Below are positions 30,754 to 40,117 of a DNA stretch of 64,000 nucleotides, in pieces. The translations under genes and the position numbers were made by a program. The number at the start of each line of letters is the position of its first letter. Position 1 is the first letter of the stretch. The notes under the pieces are model-generated. The model saw only the letters and a program-made list of their open reading frames with translations. It was not told the DNA's origin and made no database searches. The DNA comes from Nanobdellota archaeon (GTDB lineage Archaea; Nanobdellota; Nanobdellia; Parvarchaeales; Parvarchaeaceae): assembly GCA_021817165.1 (NCBI GenBank), contig JAKAVT010000002.1:43563-107562 (forward strand). Reading direction: 5' to 3'.

Positions 30754-31464
30754 TTATATATCTGCAAAAAGCTCTGCAGAAGGATAGACTACTATTCCAG
30801 TATCCTTTATGTCTAGAGGGATATACTTAGTCAAATGATTCGTAGACCTCATCTTTATTATTCTTAGCGCCCTTATAAAAGTGCCCTGCCTTTCTACCAT
30901 ATAAAGAGCTACCACCCCGTCTGCTGCAAACTCTTCTACTCCAAATGAAGAAAGTTTATTTTCCCCGTAAGGCATCTCACCTATGAAAATGGCTGTGCAG
31001 TTTCTAGCCTTTATTATGCTAGAAAGCTCTATTACCGCTTTCCTTATCGACATTATATCGGAGAAGAACATCTGCAGATAAGTTACAGAGTCTATTATCA
31101 AACGCTGTGCACCCATGGCATCAAGTTCAGAGGAGATAACTTCCTTCATTGAATCGTAATCAACCAAAGGTATCGTTACAATCTTTATTATACCGTTATC
31201 AACGTATTCCTTCAATTTTGGATCGAATAATACGAACTGTTTTACCAGCTCATCCGGGCTTTCCTCAAGCGTAAAGTAGAGTCCCTTTTCCCCCTTTTTC
31301 GCGCCATCCGACAAGAATTGAAATGAAAACGTGGTCTTACCTGCACCAGGCGTTCCTGTAAGAAATACGACGCTGTCCTTGGGAAATCCACCCTTTAAGG
31401 CTTCATCAAGCCCCGGTACTCCGGTAGATTCTCGTTCAATTTTGTTTGCGTCTTGTTTTTCCAT
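30754..31464 (-). CDS. Single-domain KaiC-like (RecA superfamily) ATPase
   Basis: STGVPGLD, GTPGAGKT, TLEE, IIDS, ADGVV, KMR. Confidence 0.92.
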   Translation of the reverse strand: MEKQDANKIERESTGVPGLDEALKGGFPKDSVVFLTGTPGAGKTTFSFQFLSDGAKKGEKGLYFTLEESPDELVKQFVLFDPKLKEYVDNGIIKIVTIPLVDYDSMKEVISSELDAMGAQRLIIDSVTYLQMFFSDIMSIRKAVIELSSIIKARNCTAIFIGEMPYGENKLSSFGVEEFAADGVVALYMVERQGTFIRALRIIKMRSTNHLTKYIPLDIKDTGIVVYPSAELFADI

Positions 31465-32336
31465 TAAGCCTCAAGTATCGTATCTCCCATTAACTGATAT
31501 TTTATTCTTATAAGGGAATTCTGACTCAGGATCTTAGCCCATCTATCGATTAGATCCTTGCTTACATTTAAAGATTGCGCTGCCTGCGAAGTTGTGATGG
31601 AATGCCTTTCCTTGATTAACGCAAGCAGTTTATTCAATGGATTATTTGCGATTTCATTTACCTCTTCCTCCTGGACTTTTCCCTGAGACTTTCCAAAATT
31701 AGTGGTTTCAAATATCTTTTTCTGCAATTCCGATTGCGAAGTAGCTTTGTTTACGTGGGAGATTGCTTCGAATGGTGAAAGCTGTGGTTCTTCCGGTTTA
31801 TTGACAACGTTTACTTTAGTAGGCATTCCAGCCTGCAACTTATCCAACTTAGCCTCCTTTTCTTCCATGGAAACTTTCGTTTCCTGCGGCTTTTCAGTCG
31901 CTGCTACCATTGGCCTGTTTTCTTCCAGATTGCCTGGTTTGTAGTTGGGACTTGGGGGAAGTTCATTTGCTATCTTATTAATTTTCTCTTCGTACGCATT
32001 AGCTTCTTTTGAAGTTTCCCTTAAAATCGGCTGCGGCGTCCTCTGCTTTTCAGTGCTAATCTGCTCCTTTTCAGTTTTTTTATCTACACCAAATAAAGGT
32101 ATTTTTTTGCCGGCAGAAAGTTTCTCCATTGTATTTGCCTTCAGGTTTACCGTGCTCCCAGTGAGCTTTTCCCTTGTTTCTGCTAGGCTTATCTGCGGTA
32201 TTTCCGGCAATTCAACGCCTAAAGAGGAAGCTGCCCTGAATAAAGAGCTATTTATTAAAGAAACATCAGAATAAATTTTATAAGACGTGTCTAGGATATT
32301 TTGTGCTACCTGCTTTAAACTACTGCTATTGTCCAT
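31464..32336 (-). CDS. Hypothetical protein with disordered middle and C-terminal winged helix
   Basis: C-terminus LLALIKERHSITTSQAAQSLNVSKDLIDRWAKILSQNSLIRIKY; stop overlaps the KaiC-like start. Confidence 0.8.
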   Translation of the reverse strand: MDNSSSLKQVAQNILDTSYKIYSDVSLINSSLFRAASSLGVELPEIPQISLAETREKLTGSTVNLKANTMEKLSAGKKIPLFGVDKKTEKEQISTEKQRTPQPILRETSKEANAYEEKINKIANELPPSPNYKPGNLEENRPMVAATEKPQETKVSMEEKEAKLDKLQAGMPTKVNVVNKPEEPQLSPFEAISHVNKATSQSELQKKIFETTNFGKSQGKVQEEEVNEIANNPLNKLLALIKERHSITTSQAAQSLNVSKDLIDRWAKILSQNSLIRIKYQLMGDTILEA

Positions 32337-32376
32337 AATAAACTAACAATTTTAACGTTTAAATAATATTATAAAG

Positions 32377-33918
32377 TTAAATTTTTACAGTGTTCAATTT
32401 ATTCTCCAATCCGGATATGTAGGATAAACTGCAAACTGGAGCAGTATTGTTCAATGTTTCACAGATCTGCGCCGTAAGGATGTTTGCCGCTCCTAAAACG
32501 GTCTGGCCAAAAGATCCACTTGCGGGATTTTCAATTGAATTCAACATGTCTTGATGCGTGCTGTACGCAGGATTTAACCCGCTAGAACTAATGTATGTTC
32601 CAGCGTTTATACTCGCTCCGTCAAATACATATTGGTTGTTTATATCAAAGATTGGCACGCCGCCGGCTAAAAAGTTGTAAATTCCGAACCCATGGTAAGA
32701 TAGAAATGCTTGACTAGCAAGTACTACATTGTTGAAAACAAATGGAGAAACATCGGCAATTCCCGTTACGTTAACTAAAAATGAAGAGCCGGTTTCATCC
32801 AATGGAATGAAATTTATGTAGCTGGAATTGTAATAAGCACCGACAAAGAAGGGCGTAGGATTACTGTCTCCATACGGTCCGCCATTAGAGGAAGGCTTTG
32901 AAACCGCGCCATAAAACAAGGCAGCGTTATAATCAAATGTAAACGTCGGTACGTTTCCATCATTTGTAGCAGACTTGTCATAGAATAAATTCGAAAAGTT
33001 GCCGAACCTTGACAATGCAATTATAATCGCCCACCTCATACCTGCACAGAATGGGCAGCCCTGCGCCCCTATATAAACAAACGTAGGTTTGCCATTATAA
33101 GTCAGAAGAGGCAGCTTGAATTCAGAGCTTCCATTGACTTTTACAGTTGAATTGCCGCCAACCGTTATAGGAATTATATCATAATTGTTACTGCCTATTA
33201 ACAAAACACAGTAAGCTGGATTTGGCCCATTTGAGCTGTTTCCTGCAGGCACACATTCTATATTGCCACTTAATTGAGACTGCCCAACACCTTCCAATTG
33301 AGCACTCAAATTTGACAGTGCATTCGCATAACTTGGTTCTGATTGGCCTATAGGCCCTTTGAAAAACTGAAAGGATGTGGCGGAGTTATTTATAGCAGAA
33401 AAGTTTGGAGATACCAATGAGTTTGGTATCGGCGTATTGCCAAGATTTGAATTCGAAACGCCGGATAAATTTGCAGAAGTAAACACTACTTTCCCTCCAA
33501 ATGCTACTGCAGTTGATTTAGACGGTGCATGAAGGACAAATATTAAAGCTATTACGATTATCGCAACAGCTACTACGCCGACAATCAAAGGAAGTATTAC
33601 CCTGTTTTTATCGCTCTTACTCCGCTGCAATCCAGACGAAGTGGCATAGTCGGTTGAAAGTTTGGCATTTTCTTCCCTCAACCTTTGTAGCTCTTTCAGC
33701 CTTTCATTTTCTTTTCTCAATTTTTCAAGTTCATCGTCATTAGGATTACTAGTAAGTTCTGCTTTCTTTTCCTCAGTTTTATTTTGAATATTCTGCTGAG
33801 GATTAGCTGCATTTTCACTGCTTTTTTCCGCAGCTACAGCTTTTTCAGGATGTAATTCTTTAGGAACGTTCTCATTTTCCACACCGTTAACATTAGGTTC
33901 TTTGTCTTCGTCTGGCAT
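32377..33918 (-). CDS. Membrane-anchored DUF929-like thioredoxin-fold protein
   Basis: Charged N-terminus, one TM, then YIGAQGCPFCAGMRWAIIIALSRFG, VPTFTF, cis-Pro GGVP, ANILTAQIC. Confidence 0.82.
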   Translation of the reverse strand: MPDEDKEPNVNGVENENVPKELHPEKAVAAEKSSENAANPQQNIQNKTEEKKAELTSNPNDDELEKLRKENERLKELQRLREENAKLSTDYATSSGLQRSKSDKNRVILPLIVGVVAVAIIVIALIFVLHAPSKSTAVAFGGKVVFTSANLSGVSNSNLGNTPIPNSLVSPNFSAINNSATSFQFFKGPIGQSEPSYANALSNLSAQLEGVGQSQLSGNIECVPAGNSSNGPNPAYCVLLIGSNNYDIIPITVGGNSTVKVNGSSEFKLPLLTYNGKPTFVYIGAQGCPFCAGMRWAIIIALSRFGNFSNLFYDKSATNDGNVPTFTFDYNAALFYGAVSKPSSNGGPYGDSNPTPFFVGAYYNSSYINFIPLDETGSSFLVNVTGIADVSPFVFNNVVLASQAFLSYHGFGIYNFLAGGVPIFDINNQYVFDGASINAGTYISSSGLNPAYSTHQDMLNSIENPASGSFGQTVLGAANILTAQICETLNNTAPVCSLSYISGLENKLNTVKI

Positions 33919-33951
33919 TTTTATGTTAATACCTATCTGCTTAAATAAATT

Positions 33952-34233
33952 GCGGTATTGAATAGCCCGTTTTTTGTCATCCCTCTGCCTTAGTTCAAAG
34001 GCTTCTCAGTTGGATGCAACAACATTCGACTAAGCGCCGGAATACCGGTTTGCACCCTGAAGGTCTGCCGTTTCATCCTATTTTCAGCAATCAGCTTTCG
34101 CATCATCTCTTTGCACCGAAAACAGGTATCGTTTCTGCTCAGTTGCCTGCCTTTTACAGCAATGCATTACTGCACTTCAGTTTTAAAGGTGAACGGACTT
34201 CCTCCTTTAATGGTCTGTTGCATACAATACCGC
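33952..34233 (-). ncRNA. rnpB: Archaeal RNase P RNA
   Basis: P1 GCGGUAUUG/CAAUACCGC; CR-I GAGGAAGUCCG (34194-34204); CR-V ACAAAAAACGGGCUA (33963-33977) forming P4; CR-II GCAGAAA; CR-III UGAAACG; CR-IV UAGUCGAAU; P7 CUGAAG/CUUCAG; long P12. Confidence 0.93.
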
Positions 34234-34268
34234 TATTATATATAGCAATCTGCATTTAATAATTTGTT

Positions 34269-34559
34269 ATGGAAGTAAAAACCTTGGATGATAAGGACCT
34301 TAAGAAGGACGAAAGGCTTTACATAAAAGGAATAAGATTAATTAGCTCCGTAAAAATAGATTATAAAACGCAGAAGCATGTTTCTTTTCTTGTCCAGGGG
34401 GACAATGAGCTGCACAACGTAATGTATTTTGACGAAAAACCGCAGGATAAAAGATGGCAATGCGATTGCAAGTGGTATACCCTTCAGAATAAACTATGCT
34501 CTCATATAATTGCAGTGAATCTGGCAATAAAGAACGGAAAATTGAAAATAGATCAGTAA
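34269..34559 (+). CDS. SWIM zinc finger protein
   Basis: WQCDCKW...LCSHIIAV matches CxC-xn-CxH. Confidence 0.85.
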   Translation: MEVKTLDDKDLKKDERLYIKGIRLISSVKIDYKTQKHVSFLVQGDNELHNVMYFDEKPQDKRWQCDCKWYTLQNKLCSHIIAVNLAIKNGKLKIDQ

Positions 34560-35284
34560 TAAAGAGACATGTAGGAAGGTACATTTAAGCCGGTACCTAA
34601 TTTCTCCAATTTTACATTTCCTTCCTTTAACTCGTTGTCATGCCAGAAATCAACCGCTCTCATGAATGCCGTCAATCTTTCATTTTTTATCTTGTCAATG
34701 TTTTTCAGTTCTCCCCCATCAAAAAGATATATCCTTGAGCCTATTATGCTGTTTTTATGCAGGGTTTGCCTGTAAACAATCGTCATGCCTTTTCCTTCTT
34801 TCTCACTGTAAAATCTTGCCTTTACAGTTTTGTTTAGGTTTTCCGTTCCTTCTTTTGCATTTGGATATTCAAAATACCTCTCGGATTTTATGAGGGAATA
34901 ACTGTCAAGGCTTTTGTTATGTGGCCCGTCATAAACTGAAACATTAAGCATGGCTAAATTTGGTATGGAATCCTTCTTAGAAAAGTTGTCCATGTAAAGC
35001 TCCGATGAAACAAGATATGAGTTGTTTGTTTCTTTCAATTTTTCCATGTTCACGAGGAATAAATCCAGGCCTTTATCCAAATAAGTAAGGTTTTTGCTTC
35101 CCTTTTTTGCTATTACGTGCTTGCTTTCTCCCTTATTGTTATACCAATTAAACGCGTCCATAGACTGCAAAACCGTTAAATCCTCATTGTCGGAAACGAG
35201 ATTCAGTATCTCTTCATCGGAAGCCGTTATGTAATTTTGCTTTAGAAGGTCGTCCAAAATATCTCTTTCGTTTTTCGGCATCAT
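34553..35284 (-). CDS. Hypothetical protein
   Basis: 243-aa ORF, no recognised motif. Confidence 0.7.
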   Translation of the reverse strand: MMPKNERDILDDLLKQNYITASDEEILNLVSDNEDLTVLQSMDAFNWYNNKGESKHVIAKKGSKNLTYLDKGLDLFLVNMEKLKETNNSYLVSSELYMDNFSKKDSIPNLAMLNVSVYDGPHNKSLDSYSLIKSERYFEYPNAKEGTENLNKTVKARFYSEKEGKGMTIVYRQTLHKNSIIGSRIYLFDGGELKNIDKIKNERLTAFMRAVDFWHDNELKEGNVKLEKLGTGLNVPSYMSLYY

Positions 35285-35317
35285 TACTAAATTTAAGAAT
35301 AAACCCCCTATAAATAC

Positions 35318-35797
35318 TTATTTTAACGAACCCGTGCGCAATACTCTGCATGTCCATCCTTTTGGGGCAGAAGCATGCTCCACTTCCTTAAGAATAAGAC
35401 CTGCCTGTTTTTTACTTTCCAATTTGTCAAGCTCAAGGTATATGTAACCTTCTTCCGCTTCATTGTGACCTTTTAAGACACGCATAACGCCCTGCGTTTT
35501 CTTTTTTGCATCTTCAATTTCATTTACGGATATGAGCTTTTTAACTTCCTCTAACAATTTCAGTATAGCGCCGTGCTCTGCTTCTAAACCCTGTATTCTC
35601 AGTCTGTTCTCTTCGAATATTTCGGGAAAAAGGTATTCTTCCTCCCAAAACATGTGGTTTCTAAGCGAAGAGACTATCAAATCAAGCTTGTCTACATCGG
35701 GCTTTGAACTCAACGAAAGCAAGAAATCATTAAAATACGCGTCAATTCTTTCATGGTCTTTTGTCAAAACGCTATCTAACATAATATAATTTAACAT
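35318..35797 (-). CDS. Hemerythrin-like cation-binding protein
   Basis: DHERID, HMFWEEEYLFP, EAEH, HNEAEE. Confidence 0.88.
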   Translation of the reverse strand: MLNYIMLDSVLTKDHERIDAYFNDFLLSLSSKPDVDKLDLIVSSLRNHMFWEEEYLFPEIFEENRLRIQGLEAEHGAILKLLEEVKKLISVNEIEDAKKKTQGVMRVLKGHNEAEEGYIYLELDKLESKKQAGLILKEVEHASAPKGWTCRVLRTGSLK

Positions 35798-35852
35798 GCT
35801 AATAATTTAAAGTTTAATACAAAATTTGCAGAATTCAATCCGGTTTACAAAG

Positions 35853-37073
35853 TCAATGCTTATGTAACAATCGTGAATGAGAAGACTTATCTATGAATAT
35901 AATCATATCAAAATCATTTAAAAGCTGTTCTTTGAAGAACTCTGCCGATGGAGAAAAACCGGCACCTGTCACTCTAAAGTAATGTTTCTTTCTGAGCCAT
36001 TGACTTTCTTTGTTTTCAAGATCCACTTGCCTGAAATCCAGTAAAAAGATTGGAATGCTGGCCAGATGAAAATAATACTCATAAGTTCCCGGATATGAAG
36101 GCCTTAATTTATAAGCAGCAAGTTTCATGGTTTTCCAATAAATTGCAGTGTATGTGCCGGTATTAAGACTGAATCCAATTGTTAAATAACCTTGTTTTAA
36201 CTTCTTTGAAAGATAGTAGCCCATAGTACCGCCGGTCTTTTGTATATGTCCGTTATGTGCCCAAACAATTACTTTAGAGCTTTTTCTGTTTGTTTTTATT
36301 ATCCAAAGAAGATTTTCTGCCATGCATTTGTCCCTGTAATAATTTCTACGGTAACCATGAAGGCCTTGGTTGTATTTTACAGATTGCTCTATGATTTTTA
36401 TGCACTGAAAAAACCAGATTTTTTCAGATTTAGATTTAATACTTTTGTCCCCGAATCTTTTTATATACACAAGTTCCCTTTTGAAAGATCCTTCTTTTAT
36501 CTTATAGAAAATACCATTTCTAAGTGTATTTTGAACTTTTCCCAGTGTATTTTCCAGATTATCTAAGCTGAAAGATAAATTTTTATAGTTATACTTATTT
36601 AGCAGTCTTTTTACTTCTGATAAAGCGCTGTTTGGATACTGCATATCAAAGCCCGTAAAAATCACTTTTTTTGTATGCGTGCTGTTATAATCTCGCATCC
36701 AATTTACAAGATCCAATACTTCTTCTGTGTCCCAGGTCCAGAATATCATGCCTTTTATAAGTTCTTTTGGGTCGCCTTTCCCTTCGATTATGTATTCATT
36801 TAATTTATAAGCCTCTGGCATGTTGGCCTCAATGGCAAAAATGTTGAATTTTTTGCTTTCGACTAGGTATTTTATAATTTTGCTCTTCATCTTAAATATC
36901 TCGCTAGAACCATGAGTTACTTCCCCAAGCGCTACAACTTTTGCGTTTTTTATATTTTCTCCCAGATATTCTAAATCGCTATTATCACTACGAATTTCAA
37001 CAGACTTTATGGGAATAACTGCAGAACGCAGCCATTCTATTTCCTTAGCACTTGGTTTTCTTGTATGTCTCAT
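35853..37073 (-). CDS. Erythromycin esterase family protein
   Basis: VALGEVTHGSSE, FAIEA, FTGFDMQ, RDKCMAEN, WAHNGH, FDMIIFI. Start is ATG 37073 or TTG 37088. Confidence 0.92.
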   Translation of the reverse strand: MRHTRKPSAKEIEWLRSAVIPIKSVEIRSDNSDLEYLGENIKNAKVVALGEVTHGSSEIFKMKSKIIKYLVESKKFNIFAIEANMPEAYKLNEYIIEGKGDPKELIKGMIFWTWDTEEVLDLVNWMRDYNSTHTKKVIFTGFDMQYPNSALSEVKRLLNKYNYKNLSFSLDNLENTLGKVQNTLRNGIFYKIKEGSFKRELVYIKRFGDKSIKSKSEKIWFFQCIKIIEQSVKYNQGLHGYRRNYYRDKCMAENLLWIIKTNRKSSKVIVWAHNGHIQKTGGTMGYYLSKKLKQGYLTIGFSLNTGTYTAIYWKTMKLAAYKLRPSYPGTYEYYFHLASIPIFLLDFRQVDLENKESQWLRKKHYFRVTGAGFSPSAEFFKEQLLNDFDMIIFIDKSSHSRLLHKH

Positions 37074-37232
37074 ATATTTTATAAACAACCTTTATATTAG
37101 AATTTCTTTGTGTAAACCCTTAGTGGGTTTGAACATTTTACTAAGAAGCCATATGTAATAACTGCAATAAAAAATTGGAGTTATTTTAATATCCGTTTTT
37201 AAATATAAATACTAAAAAACCTAGTTAATTTT

Positions 37233-37961
37233 GTGGTAAATTATACTATAGTCGGAAACGAAGTACAGTACGTGCAGGCAGAGATTAATAGTGGAGAGTC
37301 TGTCCTATGCGAAGCCGGCCATCTTATATTCAAATCGCCGGATGCAACGGTGGAAACAAAGACTGGTGGCTTAAAAGGCGCATTTTCGCATCTTTTGGCA
37401 GGGTCTGATGTCTTTCTTCTTAAATTGAACGGGCCTGGAGTAATAGGCTTTTCAGGTTTCCTTCCAGGCAGGATATTAGAAATTTCTTTGAATGAGACAG
37501 GTATACTTGCGGAATTCAACTCTTTTCTATGCATGGATTCGTCTATTACATATTCTACAAAATTCGCTGGCATTTGGAAAGGCTTATTAGGAGGAGAAGG
37601 TCTTTTCTTAGAGAAATTTTCCGGAAATGGAAAAATTTTCCTCCATGGCCATGGACAAGTGATAGAGATTAGTTTAGGAGAAGGTGAAAGCATAGATGCT
37701 GAAGCAGGTCACGTGCTTGCCTTCGAAGCGAATATGCAGTACTCAATAAACAGAATAGGCGGAGTAAAAACAATGATCCTTGGAGGACTGGAAGGAGAAG
37801 GTCTTTTCTTTGCTAGGATAACCGGCCCTGGAAAAGTATGGCTTCATTCAATATCACTTGCACAGCTTGCGGCAAAGATGGGTGGCGGCAATACAGGCGA
37901 CAGAAATGCAGCTCTAATGGGTGGTTTAGCGGGCATTGCACTTAAAGCGGCGAAAAAATAG
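37233..37961 (+). CDS. AIM24 family protein
   Basis: Repeated GGEGLFL / EGEGLFF, GPGKVWLHS, three-fold beta repeat; GTG start. Confidence 0.9.
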   Translation: MVNYTIVGNEVQYVQAEINSGESVLCEAGHLIFKSPDATVETKTGGLKGAFSHLLAGSDVFLLKLNGPGVIGFSGFLPGRILEISLNETGILAEFNSFLCMDSSITYSTKFAGIWKGLLGGEGLFLEKFSGNGKIFLHGHGQVIEISLGEGESIDAEAGHVLAFEANMQYSINRIGGVKTMILGGLEGEGLFFARITGPGKVWLHSISLAQLAAKMGGGNTGDRNAALMGGLAGIALKAAKK

Positions 37962-38015
37962 GCTTTGAAAGGACAGAGTCGGCATCTAAGTAATTCTATT
38001 TATCGGAGAACTAAA

Positions 38016-38089
38016 TGCCCTCGCCAGGATTTGAACCTGGGTGCCCGGTTTAGGAAACCGGTATTCTGTCCAAGCTAAACTACGAGGGC
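38016..38089 (-). tRNA. tRNA-Arg(CCT)
   Basis: GCCCTCG/CGAGGGC acceptor; CCGGT-TT-CCT-AA-ACCGG; CCAGG-TTCAAAT-CCTGG. Confidence 0.96.
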
Positions 38090-38174
38090 TATTCAAAAAC
38101 TAACGCATTTTTCGTTTAAATCATTTGATTTTAAAACTATTAATATTATCCTTTGTCATATCTTTTTATTGTTT

Positions 38175-38837
38175 ATGACAGGAAATAATCCTTTTATAAG
38201 TATAACGTACTCTGAGAATGACACGGTGGTAGACAGAGTAAACGAACGGATAGAATTACTATTGCTTATAAACGAATCCATGGACCATGGTGGCGTAGTA
38301 GTGCTGAAAGGTGCGCCTGGCATGGGAAAAAGCACACTGCTTAATGCAGTAGAGAAGGAGCTCAAAAAATCAAAGAGCATAGACATGCTGAGAGAGGAAT
38401 TCACTCCTGCAGTTTACAATAAGATACGGAATCTGAACTTAAATCAAGCTAAAAAGCTGCTTATAGAGCTTGATGATTTCAACAACATAGAGATGCTTGA
38501 CAAATTAAGCCAGCAGAGAGTCATCGATTTATTGTATAACCTTAGCCAGAAAGCCGCTGTGTTAATAATCGAAAACCGGGAAGAGGGCGTTGAAAAAGAG
38601 CTTAAGATGCAGAGCAAACAATTCAAAAAATATCAATTGGAAGGGCTTTCAAAGGAGGACTTAAAACAGATAATAATAAACAGGTTAAATTCGATTAGAA
38701 CTACAAAATCAGACTCTCTTGAACCATTCACTGAAGTAGAGTATGAAAAAATATACAGAAAATCCAGGGGGAATCCACGGATTGCATTGCTCATCTGTTC
38801 TGCATTGTATGATCAGAAAACAAACAGTATAATATAA
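38175..38837 (+). CDS. AAA+ family ATPase (ExeA/GspA-like small P-loop protein)
   Basis: GAPGMGKS, LLIELDD, C-terminal SRGNPR; likely ATG at 38175. Confidence 0.82.
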   Translation: MTGNNPFISITYSENDTVVDRVNERIELLLLINESMDHGGVVVLKGAPGMGKSTLLNAVEKELKKSKSIDMLREEFTPAVYNKIRNLNLNQAKKLLIELDDFNNIEMLDKLSQQRVIDLLYNLSQKAAVLIIENREEGVEKELKMQSKQFKKYQLEGLSKEDLKQIIINRLNSIRTTKSDSLEPFTEVEYEKIYRKSRGNPRIALLICSALYDQKTNSII

Positions 38838-38855
38838 AGAAGAATTAAGAAGGAT

Positions 38856-39731
38856 ATGAAGACTAACATTAAACTCACTGTGCTTCTCTTAGCGATATTT
38901 ACGGTAGTGCTTATAGCGAGCGGGCTTTTTGCAGGCGTAAACCTAAGGTTGTTATCCGTCATTTCGCTGCAGACCGGAATAAACTACAACGTTACTTCTC
39001 CGTTTTATTATCTTCTTTACATAATAATCGCAGGTTTGTTGATACCGACCGCAATAATTCTTTTGCTTGTCAGATACAAGAAGATAAACATAATAAACAT
39101 AGTGCTCATAATTCTGTTCTTGTTCGTAATGTACGCCTTTTCAGACGTGTTTTTGCTTGACTTGTACGTATTCCCGCTCCACGGCAACCTTAATTCTAGC
39201 GGCAGTCTACTTGCCGTCTTTTCGCTTCTGGTTTACATCCTTCCGGTAATAATTACAGTTTATTACTTCAAGTTCGCCGGAAAATACGGAAAAGATGTTC
39301 TGAACGTAATTTTATTCGTATCCATCTCGGCTATAATATCATTGTATCTAAGCATAATAACAGCATTGATACTTATTGCTATCATAAGCGTATATGATTA
39401 CATCTCTGTGTTCATAACAAAACACATGCTGACGCTTGCAAAGGCATTCTCCGGCAATTCATTCGGAGGAATATCGCTCATGGCAAAGAAGGCAAAGAGA
39501 AGGGAGATCTTCCTTGGCGGCGGCGACATGGCGTTTCCTGCCATTCTTGCAGATGAATTCTTCCTTCATTATAATCTTTTATCCGGAGTATTTGCAATAA
39601 TCGGCGCAGTAATTGGATTATCAATAATATTGTTTTTAGGAAAGAAAGGAAAGGCTTACCCTGCGATGGCTGCGATAGGACCGATGCAGTTTGCTTTTCT
39701 TGGATTGTATTTTCTTATAAGATTCATATGA
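38856..39731 (+). CDS. Presenilin/signal peptide peptidase-like intramembrane aspartyl protease
   Basis: About 9 TM; SVYDYISVFITKHM, LGGGD, YPAM (PAL-like). Confidence 0.9.
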   Translation: MKTNIKLTVLLLAIFTVVLIASGLFAGVNLRLLSVISLQTGINYNVTSPFYYLLYIIIAGLLIPTAIILLLVRYKKINIINIVLIILFLFVMYAFSDVFLLDLYVFPLHGNLNSSGSLLAVFSLLVYILPVIITVYYFKFAGKYGKDVLNVILFVSISAIISLYLSIITALILIAIISVYDYISVFITKHMLTLAKAFSGNSFGGISLMAKKAKRREIFLGGGDMAFPAILADEFFLHYNLLSGVFAIIGAVIGLSIILFLGKKGKAYPAMAAIGPMQFAFLGLYFLIRFI

Positions 39732-39775
39732 TATAACAGCGTTATATATTTAAACTATCATGAATTAAAAACAAA

Positions 39776-40081
39776 ATGGAAGTCAACGTAAAGGAAGAGG
39801 ATGTCATAAAAGGGCTAAAGCAGTGCTTTGATCCTGAGATACCAGCAAACATCTATGATTTGGGATTAATTTACAAAATAGAGATAAACGGAACGGAAGT
39901 AAAGATACTAATGACTTTAACCTCCCCTTTCTGCCCAGTTACGGACTATTTGGTTGAGGACATAAAAGGCAAGGTAATGGATTTCTCAGGTGCTACAAAG
40001 GTAGACCTGGACATAACGTTTGACCCTCCATGGACCAAAGACAAAATGACGGATGAAGCAAGAGCAGATCTAGGGGTATAA
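39776..40081 (+). CDS. Metal-sulfur cluster assembly factor (DUF59/SufT/MIP18)
   Basis: DPEIPANIYDLGLIY, MTLTSPFCP, TFDPPWT. Confidence 0.93.
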   Translation: MEVNVKEEDVIKGLKQCFDPEIPANIYDLGLIYKIEINGTEVKILMTLTSPFCPVTDYLVEDIKGKVMDFSGATKVDLDITFDPPWTKDKMTDEARADLGV

Positions 40082-40117
40082 AATAGCCTTGCTTTTGAGT
40101 AAAACCTGTTTTAAAAG

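Noticed and set aside
34014-34259. 81-aa plus-strand ORF
   Set aside because: Antisense to the RNase P RNA, with no protein motif.
37590-37812. Direct repeat GGAGAAGGTCTTTTCTT within the AIM24 gene
   Set aside because: Explained by the family's internal GEGLF repeat and too short to imply more.
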